Below are positions 1 to 9,800 of a DNA stretch of 20,000 nt, in pieces. The position numbers were made by a program, and so were the translations under genes. The DNA lies in the IMG/VR virus record IMGVR_UViG_3300031823_000005; one strand, given 5' to 3'. Source of the stretch: an uncultured virus (IMG/VR IMGVR_UViG_3300031823_000005). Taxonomy: Duplodnaviria > Heunggongvirae > Uroviricota > Caudoviricetes. Each line of letters starts with the position of its first letter. Within the stretch, counting starts at the first letter, position 1. The notes below the pieces were generated by a model. The model worked only from the letters and a program-made list of their open reading frames with translations. It was not told where the DNA came from and did not search any database.

Positions 1-2559
1 CGAGACGATTCTGCCCTGCGTCTGCACATTACCGGGGACACCTGAATTGTCGAAGGTCTGGCCGTGACCCGCATTCGAGTCGGCTTCGCGATAGAAATAC
101 GGGATGCCATTTCCGAGGTCGGCATTGTGCAGCGTCACGGAGCGCAAATCGCCCGAAGAACCGTTCCCGCACAATGTAGCGGTCGAGTTCCCGGCATCGC
201 ACATCGTCATCCAGTAAAGAATGTCCCACGTGGTAAGTGGGCCGTGAGCAGGACCGCCGCCTGTGGCATTGAAGTTAACGGGATAGAAGCCGATCCCTGC
301 CGTCGTTGCCGCAAGTGTCTGATTCGCTCCAGCAAGGCCGGTCACTTGCGCGGTGATGAGCGACGGAGCCACAGGCAACGCGCCATCCCAGTTCGGGATG
401 AATCCCGCGCGCGCAAAGTAGCCCATCTTATAATTTGTGTGAACAAGAGGCCCGCACACATCGCGATTGCCTTTGCCGGTGCCATTCGCGCACCACACCT
501 GATGCCAGCGAGTACGCGGCGTCTGCGTGAATGATGCGAACGAAGCAACCTGCAACGGACTGCTATTACCGACCGTTAGTTTCACGCTATACGTCTGATC
601 GCGCGCCGAACTGGTCGTCGTGGTCGAGGCCCAATCATTTTCCAGCGTGAAGCCAACTAGCGCCTGCGAGGTCGATGGGTAGAACCAAGCCTCGAACGAT
701 GGGTGAAGCGGGGGTGATCCCGTATCATTATTCGGATTCATGTCGTACGCGCGTCCGATGCGGTCTTCGAGAATGACCGCAGTGACGATCGACCCCTGTA
801 ACCAATACGTACAGAGGTGGCCACTAGTGGCGATAGCGCCGTCGATGTCGCCTCCAGAAGGTGCCGTGCAGCCCGAGCCCGATTGTGCCGCCGTCAATAT
901 CGTGCGAGCACTCGCTAATGGTGTCTGTGCACCGTTCGTCAACTGGATCTGTGCATCGAAATTGTAGTTCGCGAGCATGTTCGCGACCGTCTCGGGGCTC
1001 GTGTTATTCCCTGATGATTGGTTCACGAAATGTACGTTGACTTGCGCACTCACCGGGATGGACGCGACGACAAAGCTCGCGATGCCGTATTTCCAACTAC
1101 CATCCGGCCAGCGGTTTTTCACATCCGCCTGTGTCGTCACCAAGGAGCCCGCAATCTGCGCTTGTGGGAAGTTCGCGATGTCGCCGTCAGCCGCGACTAC
1201 CGGGACGGAATACACCTGACTCGTGATTGCCACGGACGATGAGGGATTCGTGAGCGTGACCATCGGCATTGGCTTAAACGCCCAAGCGGGTAGGCTGTAA
1301 GCGTCATCCACAACATACAGATCGTTCACGGAGTCGTAGTGGAAGCGGCCAAGAACGCCGCCAGCGGCGGGATTTGGGTCGCTACCGAAGAGGGCCGGGT
1401 AATCGACGCCCGCAGTCGAGCCGGATGAGACGGTCGTGCAGGTGATGATATTCGACGTCCGGTTCAGCGTCACATAGTAGATGGCGTTGTCCTGCCCGGT
1501 GTAGGCGATGATTACGCCGCGAGTGGAGTCCCAATCTCCACTTACTCCTCCAGTGTTGTTGACGTTGTTGCAGGAGGCGTCGATGCTAGGCACGTGCGTG
1601 GCGAAACTGTCCGCGCCGGTGAGGTCGTACCAGTGGGGACCTGCTCCGCCGTTGGCGTTACCCATGATGATAGCGATATCTTGCTTCTCGTCGATAAAAA
1701 TATGTTGAAGGTCATTCGAGCTTGGACCGAGCGCGCCGATGCGGTCAGTGTAGGCGTTCGCTACAGGATCATAGACGCTGAGGCTGGCCGAGTTCGTGTG
1801 GTCGGCAGGTTGCCAAATATAAATCTTTCCGTCCACATGATTGTACTGCGCGTATGCTTCCACGATGGTGCTGGACGTCGGGAGGTTGGCGGGCGTGAGC
1901 TGGACCCATGATGCTGAGCATCCCGTCGATGTCTCGGCATTGCACGATGCACCGATACTGGTGACGTCGAGCGCCCAGAGTTTATAGGTTCCACAAAAGT
2001 CGCCCGCCGTGTCGCCCGCGCCAACCTGCCACCGGAAGACCTTGTTCACGTTCGGCGCGTAGACGAAGAACTGGTAACTATGCCCTTGGTTGGGCGCGGT
2101 CGGATTCGACAAGGGGTCGATGTTCGTACAGGACGACGCTGGCTGACTCGGATTCGTCAGGCGCAACTTGCGACCAGGTGGCTGCCCGGTGCCATTGTTG
2201 AAAGCGGCGGATAACTCGTAGAGTTCATTCCCGGCATAGTCGCTGTGCCCGCCACCCGCTTCCAGCATGATCCCACCATCGACGGTCGGGACATAAGCCC
2301 ATGCGGTCCACGCCTTCACGACACCTTGGCAGTTGTTTGAGAAGTTGTAGCCAAATCCGCCGAAGCCGTTCGCGGGGCAGTGGTTCACGCTTCCCTGAAG
2401 CGCGGTGGACGCCGCCTCTTTCGTCCACTGTCCGGATGGGAACAAGGGCGAAGGCGCGCTCTGGGCGATGCTGATGCCAGCCGAGCCAACGACGACGCTC
2501 TGCGCGATAGTAGGAGGCGCGAATAGGAGTACGAGTAGAAGGTATCTCTTAATGTACAA
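1..2559 (-). CDS. Exported protein >853 aa, running off the left edge: signal peptide, Kelch-like beta-propeller, then RIFT/PcRGLX(YetA)-like region; putative glycan-binding or lytic receptor-binding protein
   Basis: Absent from the ORF track because it has no stop in the window. TTG start at 2559 with GGGAGG 8 nt upstream, overlapping the previous stop. Translation: MYIKRYLLLVLLFAPPTIAQSVVVG...GGGHSDYAGNELYE...GGVLGRFHYDSVND...TTQADVKNRWPDGSWKYGIASF...LHPSFEAWFYP...LVGFTLENDW. I found no in-frame stop in the stretches I translated (1-1380 and about 2215-2559); the middle was not read codon by codon but both ends are in the same frame. Confidence 0.85.
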   Translation of the reverse strand, partial: MYIKRYLLLVLLFAPPTIAQSVVVGSAGISIAQSAPSPLFPSGQWTKEAASTALQGSVNHCPANGFGGFGYNFSNNCQGVVKAWTAWAYVPTVDGGIMLEAGGGHSDYAGNELYELSAAFNNGTGQPPGRKLRLTNPSQPASSCTNIDPLSNPTAPNQGHSYQFFVYAPNVNKVFRWQVGAGDTAGDFCGTYKLWALDVTSIGASCNAETSTGCSASWVQLTPANLPTSSTIVEAYAQYNHVDGKIYIWQPADHTNSASLSVYDPVANAYTDRIGALGPSSNDLQHIFIDEKQDIAIIMGNANGGAGPHWYDLTGADSFATHVPSIDASCNNVNNTGGVSGDWDSTRGVIIAYTGQDNAIYYVTLNRTSNIITCTTVSSGSTAGVDYPALFGSDPNPAAGGVLGRFHYDSVNDLYVVDDAYSLPAWAFKPMPMVTLTNPSSSVAITSQVYSVPVVAADGDIANFPQAQIAGSLVTTQADVKNRWPDGSWKYGIASFVVASIPVSAQVNVHFVNQSSGNNTSPETVANMLANYNFDAQIQLTNGAQTPLASARTILTAAQSGSGCTAPSGGDIDGAIATSGHLCTYWLQGSIVTAVILEDRIGRAYDMNPNNDTGSPPLHPSFEAWFYPSTSQALVGFTLENDWASTTTTSSARDQTYSVKLTVGNSSPLQVASFASFTQTPRTRWHQVWCANGTGKGNRDVCGPLVHTNYKMGYFARAGFIPNWDGALPVAPSLITAQVTGLAGANQTLAATTAGIGFYPVNFNATGGGPAHGPLTTWDILYWMTMCDAGNSTATLCGNGSSGDLRSVTLHNADLGNGIPYFYREADSNAGHGQTFDNSGVPGNVQTQGRIVS

Positions 2560-3892
2560 TGGCGTTGCCTCCCAGTTTTATCGCTCCGCTTTGCAGGGTC
2601 CCTCCGGTGGTCGGGTACATGAATGTCGCCGCGAATCCGGCAATCTCGCCTGAAGTTGAGGTAGTGATGGAAGCGGTATAGCTACCCGTCGAGGTTACGA
2701 CACGAACCTCATCCGCAAGCGTAGACACCTGCGCGAGAATAGTGAAGTTCGCGCCCGCAGTGAAGGTCAATGCGTTCGCGACGCCAAACACAGCGAAAAT
2801 AATCTCATTCGCGCTGGTCGTGGACATGCTCGACGTGGTAAGCGAGGTAACGGCGAGCGTGTCGGTACAGTTTGAAGTCTGGTCAAGGACCCCTGATAAG
2901 GCTAGACCGGAAATCTCCGCGACGATAATTACTTTGTGGCTGGACGTGCCGCCGTTCGCCATTGTCACGGTATCCGTGCCGCTCGCGCCAATCTTGGCGA
3001 ATGACGCGCCGATAGTGTCGCCATCGGTCGCGAGATTGCAAGGAGCACTACCACCCGGAGTGAGTTGTGTGAATGAATCACTCCCGCCATCCGTAAAGGT
3101 GATATTGACTCCAGTGTTTAGTCCGTCGTATCCGGCGACGATGAAATAATCTCCAGCGACCTTTGGGAACGTGAGTGCTTGTGCGTTTGTCGTGGCGGTC
3201 GTGGAGCTGCTTGCGACCTGTGTGTAGTTTATCTTCGCCGTCGAGAACTCCACTGAGGAGACGCTGTACGCCGAACTCGTCGTCCAGGTGAGCGAGTTGG
3301 TTGTGGACGCTGGCGACGCCGAGGAATTGTCGAACATGGCGCCGGTAGAGACGCCGTGAAAGAGCGCGTTCTGGCGCATATTGCCAGCGGTGGCAACCGG
3401 AGTATTCCCATCGGGGAGCATGAACATCGAGACGACGGTGTTGTTGCTGGCTTGCGTTGTGGTGGAAGTAGTGCCTGATGTGCTACCAGCGGCCGAGCCC
3501 GCGACTCCGGACTGTCCGATACCCGAGTAGCCGGAACCCTCCCAAACGATCCCCTCGATCGCTGGTCCTGCAGTGAACGTCACCGTAAACGACGTGATTC
3601 CTGATGTGACGTTGCAAAGCGCGTAGATATAAGAGAACGATGATGACGCCACGGCTGGCTGTGACCGCTGCGGATAAACGACGTTGTTGTTGTCCTTGAC
3701 CGAACTGATGGTCGCCGCCGCGCTCGTCGCTACGCCAATGGCAACGCAATTTCCAGCGGTCGGGCTGTAGGTGATCGTGATGCTAGTCGCCGTTCCGGTA
3801 TTGTCGATGACCGGCGAAGACGAGCCTACGTAGGTTGCCCGCGCGGACGCGGCACAGAGAAGAAGGGTGAGAAGTGGGAGTATCTTTCTCAT
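2549..3892 (-). CDS. Exported Ser/Thr-rich 447-aa protein with two tandem homologous beta-sandwich-like domains; putative fibre-associated adhesin
   Basis: Start re-called at ATG 3892, which forms an ATGA overlap with the stop of the 2337-aa gene. This gives MRKILPLLTLLLCAASARA|TYV (basic n-region, hydrophobic core, A-x-A). Two similar halves begin TATSITITYSPTAGNCVAIGV and TTNAQALTFPKVAGDYFIVAG. Confidence 0.85.
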   Translation of the reverse strand: MRKILPLLTLLLCAASARATYVGSSSPVIDNTGTATSITITYSPTAGNCVAIGVATSAAATISSVKDNNNVVYPQRSQPAVASSSFSYIYALCNVTSGITSFTVTFTAGPAIEGIVWEGSGYSGIGQSGVAGSAAGSTSGTTSTTTQASNNTVVSMFMLPDGNTPVATAGNMRQNALFHGVSTGAMFDNSSASPASTTNSLTWTTSSAYSVSSVEFSTAKINYTQVASSSTTATTNAQALTFPKVAGDYFIVAGYDGLNTGVNITFTDGGSDSFTQLTPGGSAPCNLATDGDTIGASFAKIGASGTDTVTMANGGTSSHKVIIVAEISGLALSGVLDQTSNCTDTLAVTSLTTSSMSTTSANEIIFAVFGVANALTFTAGANFTILAQVSTLADEVRVVTSTGSYTASITTSTSGEIAGFAATFMYPTTGGTLQSGAIKLGGNAIVH

Positions 3893-6800
3893 TGTCCCGC
3901 TCTCGTGACTACCGCTTGGAGCTGATATGTTCCCGTTCCCGTCCCACAGGCCGTATACCCCGTCGCGTACTGGATGACTGAACCATTCGTCGAGATGTTG
4001 AAGTCTCCACTGCCCCACGCCGCCGCGAGCGAAGTCTGAAAGTGAAAAGTCTGTGATACGGCGTTGATCGCGGAAGCGTCGTCCATACCGAGCGAAACGG
4101 CGGAATGCGTCGTACCGTTGCTGTCCGTCCAGGTGAGAAGGAAGGTGACGCCGCCCGTTCCAGGAACCGAACACGCCGTGCCTGTCTCGATGAAGGTCCA
4201 GCTTATGTGATACTGCCCCGCGACATTGCAGGCTCCCGCGCTCGCGGCGCATAGGGTCGCAGTAGAGATAGCTCCGGTGTTCCCGGTGGAATTAATCGGC
4301 GCGGGTTGTGCGCGAATCAGCATCCCCGCCGCGGACGCGCCGTTGGTCTTCGCAAAGAACTCATGCGCCGAGGAGTCGGCGTATACGCCTGCGGTTGCCG
4401 AGACGTTCGTGAAGGCCGCGCTTTCCGCCATGCATAGGAAAGTCCCTGACCCGGTGCAGGCCGGAGCGGTCCCGGTACTGATGGAGGTCGTCGCGTTGAA
4501 ATTCGCGGCGTTAACCGTGAATGTCCCTGCGCTGGTGCCTGAGTGGCCTAGCGTGGCGACGATGGCTGCGTCATTGCCATTTCCCGGCAGCTCGCCAATA
4601 GTGAGACAGTCCTCTACGTCCGCGCTTCCATGCCATGCGCGACCGCAGATCGCCGGAATAGGGGAACCTTGACTCGTACTAGAGGTCGCCGCCGTGGTGT
4701 TCTTCCATGCGAACATCTGCGCTTCGGCAGTGGTGGTGCTGAAGATGGAGGTGTTCGCGCCCATCGTGAGGGACAGGTTCCCGGTGGGATTGACGTTGGA
4801 ATTCCACGGGATAGCAGGCAGGTCGCCCGTAGCGATGGCGCGCGGATTGTAAATGCCAGCGGTTGCCGTGGCGAAGAGCGCCTGTGTCATCGTCGTGGTT
4901 GTACTTGTGGTCGCGGCGGCGATGCTATCCGCTGCGTTCGTACGGATATGTGTGAGCTTCGCCGTGGAGTCGTAATCCACGACGCCATCGGAAGCGGCGG
5001 TTGCTCCGGCCTGCACGGGAACCTTGAACGCGCTCGCGCCGGTCGCGCCGGAGAGGTCGAGAATGCCCGCTGAGGCTGCGGTGATGGTGTTGGATGCGAA
5101 GGTGAACGGCACGACGCAGCCGAACGCGCCAGAATTGTTATATTGCAGAGCGTTCGCGGTGCCTGTGCAGGGCGTTCCGCCTCCGCCGCCACCAGTAGCG
5201 GTCTGGGGGTTCTCAAGCTGCCACTCCGTACCGTCGTAAATCACCGTGGCAATGGCGTTCGTGGTCAGGTCATTCGCGACAAGTGCGGTACTGCTACCGA
5301 ATTTTGTGATGGTCTTTGCGGTCAGGCCATTCACCGCTAGTGTTGGCGCGGAACCCGTGTTGGCTGCAACCGGGAGGAAGTTAACCTGCGTGCCGATGGT
5401 CAGAGCGGTCACGGCAGGCGTGAGCGCAACTACCTGAGCTTGGGCCGTGCCGGTCGCTGCGGCGTACCAGTTCGGCGTAATGTCGCTCGTGCCGATGAGC
5501 GAAGGAGCCGGTGCCGCACTGCTACTGGTGTTATTCCCGAGGAACTGGTGCGCGGAAAAGTTGGCGAACATCGCGCCGGACGCATTGACGCAAGTGAAAC
5601 CAGTAGTCGTAGACCAGCTCTCGATGTTCGCGCAGGTGGAGCCGAAGGACGCGAATGTCGGGACCTTGAGCGTCCACCAGTTGCCCGGAACGCTAGAACT
5701 ATCGGAGTAGACGAACGCGGCGAAGGTCGGGAGCAGCGTAGCCGAGCCACCCGTTGCGCTTCCGTCAATCTTGTCGGCGGCGTTCGCGGTCAGCGTTTCG
5801 TTCCCGCTATTTAGATTCTGGGTTACGAATTGGAAATTGGATGCCGTCGCTCCAGTAATTTGCGGGAGCGTCAGCGTGGCCGTGCTGGTCCCGCTCTCCT
5901 TGATGTAGTTGAGCCGATCACTGTAGAGAAGTGAATAATTCCCCGCCTGAGCGTTGACAGGAACGCCTTGCAATCCGCAGGTGGGATCCACCGCCGCGCC
6001 AGCGGTGACATTAAAGAACACCACACACGCGCCGTTCGTGGACGGCGAGGTGACGAGGTTCATATTGCCGGAGCCTTCCGCCACGAGCAGGGAATGCGCG
6101 GTCGGGCTGGATAGGCCCGTGCCGCCGCCAATGGGAGCAATGCGTCCGGTCAGTTCGAATATCTCCTGTCCGCCAGTGGGATTCGACGGCGTGATGGTCC
6201 CGCCGATGGCGTTCGTTGTGCTGGTGAGGAAATTGAGGGAAGTCTGCGTGATGTTATTCGTGCCGTTCGTCTGGAGGGTGATGGAGGAGCCGCCGCCGGT
6301 GGATGTCTGGGGATTCTGTAACTGCCACTCCGTACCGTCGTAGATGGCGAAGGCGATGGCGTTAGTTGTGAGGTCTCCAGCAGTCAGGGGCGTGCTATTC
6401 CCGAACTTTGTAATCGACTTGGCGGCGAGCCCGTTGACTGCGAGCGTCGGCGCGGCGCCGGTATTGGCGTTCAAGGGGAGCCAATAGGCTTGCAGACCAG
6501 CGACGAGTGAGGTAGCGGCAGGACTAAGAGTTACGGTCTGAGCCTGGGCCGTGCCGCCGCCAGCCGCATAGAGGTTCGGCGAGATGTCGTTCGTGCCGAT
6601 GGCGACGGAAGATGGAACACCAGCGGTGCTGATGGCGTTAATCCACTGGTGCGCGACCGCTGTGTAGGATTCAATCCCACCGAGCGTGGATGCGGTCGGT
6701 GTCGGGAGTTGCGCGGCGGAGGCGACGCCAGCGAGATTTGTGAAGGATGGCTGCGCGCAGGCAGCTTGAGTGGTCGCGGTCGCGGGAGTGTTGACGAACT

Positions 6801-9800
6801 GATTCGCGGCACAGGCGGAACTGGACAAGCCGAAGGACACGGTTGCACCGTTCTGGCCGAACACCCATTTCTGGTTCGAGGAATCGTACCCTTCTTGGCC
6901 GCTCGTCGTGGGCGCGTATAAGGCGCTGGTCGGGAGGGTGAAGCTAACTGCCGCGCTCATGTTCTGCGCGCCAGTGGACCAAGTGTTTGCTTGATTATTA
7001 TAGACAATGGTCGCGGGAAGCTGGCCGGAGGTCGCGGAACCGAAGAGATTGCTGAATGCTGGCTGCGTGCAGGCTGCCGTCGCGGTTCCAGTCGCAGGAG
7101 TTGAAACCCATTGGTTCGCGGAGCAGGCTGCGGAGGAGAGGCCGAAGCTCACCGTTGAGCCGTTCTGGCCGAAGACCCACTTATTCGCCGTGGAATCGTA
7201 TCCCGGACGACCGTTAGCGGTGGGAGCAAGCCCCGCGCCAACTGGCATCACTGTCGTCGCGCCACTGTAGTCCCATACGTTCCCGGTCGCGATAAAATTC
7301 CCTGAAGTGTTGTTCGTCGCCGGGGTGAGAGCCGAGAATGCAGTCGCAGCGGTGGCGGAGGAAGTGATGGTGCAATTCGTCGAGACTCCCGCGCTGTCTG
7401 TGCAGGTGATTGTGATGTTCGTCCCAGGGATAAAATTAATAGCGGGCTCTTGCGTCTGCGAAGTTCCGTTGTTCTTTACCGTCTGGTAGAAGGACGCGGA
7501 AGCTGGGCAGCCGGAAGTGGTCGCGCCGCCGAGGGCGTCCGTGCAGAGGGAGGCTCCGGTGCCGGAGACGGTCCCGGCGGAGAGCACTTTCGTGTCGGTG
7601 CCTTGGACGCCGGTGCCGGAAATGGTGCCGTTAAGCACGGGGGAGGTGAGAATCTTGAGGGTGAGCGTATCTGGGGAGTTCCGGTAGACGAACGTATCGT
7701 TGACGTCTTGCAAAGCTTGCGCACGATTCGCAGTGAACGTGCCAGAAATCACATCCTTAAACCCACCACCAAGAATATTTAACGCGAAAGTTCCGATACC
7801 ACCAGATCCAAGCGTTGAAGATCCTGCTCGATTGCTCGTTGGAATACTTTGGCCACATCCAAAAGCAAAAGTGTCAACATAATTGGCTCCGAATGGAAGG
7901 AAAGCAGTACCACTACATCCCACTGGTATATTTGCAAGAGCACATCCACCAGTTAACACACTGCAACGATACGGTTTCCATCCAACTGCCCCAACCGGAG
8001 CGGCCGGAGGAGTTACAGTAATAGTTTGGGTTCCCGGAGTTGGAGTGACTTGATTCGAAGCCGGCCCTACAGAACTTTCGTTTCCGTTAACGTCTTCTAC
8101 TGTTACATAGTAAAAAATATTTCCGGCGTTTGTTGGTACACTTCCACCAGAACTAAGCGCAATTGTCGAAGCCACATTGTTCTGAATCGGGTATATAAAC
8201 TCACCAGCACCATTCACAGCTACAGCGTTGTTAGAAAAATATGCTCCAACAATAGAACCAGAGTTTTGGCCGGAAGCTGTTCCCGTAACACTCGCTACAG
8301 GATATCCAGTCATATTTCCATAGCCTATTCCGGCACCAAAAGTAATTCCGTTAAACACCACATTGATATCCGCGCAAGGATCGAGATTTTCAAAAATATT
8401 CATCTGCGTCGTATCCATCTCGACTTGCGTAAGAAGAACGTTTCCACCAACACAACCACCGCCTATGTGCGGAGCAAACGTGAGGAACGGTGTAATTCCA
8501 CCTTGTACGTGATTGATGCCAGTAACCTGAACCTGAATGCCAGCGGATGACCCAATGTAGTAAATCCCGCGGTCCTGAACAGACATATTGTTGAAAGTTA
8601 TATCCCCAACATTCAGGATGGCTGCGGGAGTAGAAGTGGATCCGATAAAACCACTGCCTGCCTGACCGGGACCAGAGTTCAAAGCAATGTGATCAAGGTC
8701 ATACCAAAAGCCGCCGCGCATCTGAAGAGGCGTGCTCATGTAATCTGTTGGCGACTGATCATCAAAATTTAGATTTTTGAAATGTCCTTGAGATCCCCCA
8801 TTATCTACAAATAAACCAGTTCCACCATTTCCGTCGATTAGGTACCTGATCCCTTCTTGATAATTGAAACCCTGCCCATCAATCACACCAGGATTAGCAC
8901 GATGAGATTCGATAGTTCCGCCAGTTACCCATCCAAAAGATGAAGCGTCAAATGCCTGTGGCCCATTAAGCCCATAGAAACGCAACCCCTGACCGAACAA
9001 CGTTTCATTGAGATAAAGATTGGCGCCGGCCAACGCAAAAGACGGACCGAACGGAATATTTGTAAAAGAATTGACGACATATCCTCCTGGCGGAAAATAA
9101 ACAAGTCCATCACTTCCAACAGCGGTAGCTGCTGCCAAGAGACCTGGACCATCGTCAAAAAGGATTGTCTGATTTGTTGCCGGAGTAGTTGCGGGATTCG
9201 CAACAACAAGATTAACCGTTCCTGCTCCAGAAACGATCGTTGTTGTTAAAGGACGAGGGAATGAAGCAACTGGAGGTGTCGATGGCAACCAAAAAGGAAA
9301 CAACTGGCCAGCCATCATCGTTGATCCCCAATCCTCCCAAGAAGTAATCGTGAATCCACCACCAGGATTATTTACAGGACTAGTGAAAACAGGAGACAAA
9401 CTTCCACTTATTCTTCCATAACCAAAATAACGATAGGCTCCAGCGGTAGCAGACCAACTAACCTCATTTCCAACCCAATAAAAACCGGTTCCACCTCCTT
9501 GACTTACGGACGGCGCACCTAGAGCTACTTGATTCCCTGTTACATACGTAAATGTAGTTCCGCCAGTTACGGTAATTACATACCAACCACCAAAAAAATT
9601 TGCATCAGGAGTTGTCGACGTACTGATATAAATACGCGCTCCGGTGGCAAGTGCGGCAGTAGAAGAAGTTGTGGCCGTAACCACATTCCCAGATTGCGTG
9701 AATCCTGTAATAGTAAAATTATGAGCCCCGAGTGAAGCTGCTCCGGTAGAAGTAGAAGCTATTGCGCTTGCCGCAGGATAACATCCAAAAAAATCAACCG

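Noticed and set aside
3893..4252. 120-aa N-terminal extension of the 567-aa ORF call
   Set aside because: It overlaps the fibre gene out of frame and has shadow-like Arg-rich composition. ATG 3892 gives an ATGA overlap and a clean signal peptide.
5181..7224. Diversity-generating retroelement TR/VR pair or CRISPR array
   Set aside because: The repeats are in-frame protein domain duplications with differences not restricted to adenines. There is no reverse transcriptase and no regularly spaced short repeats in the window.
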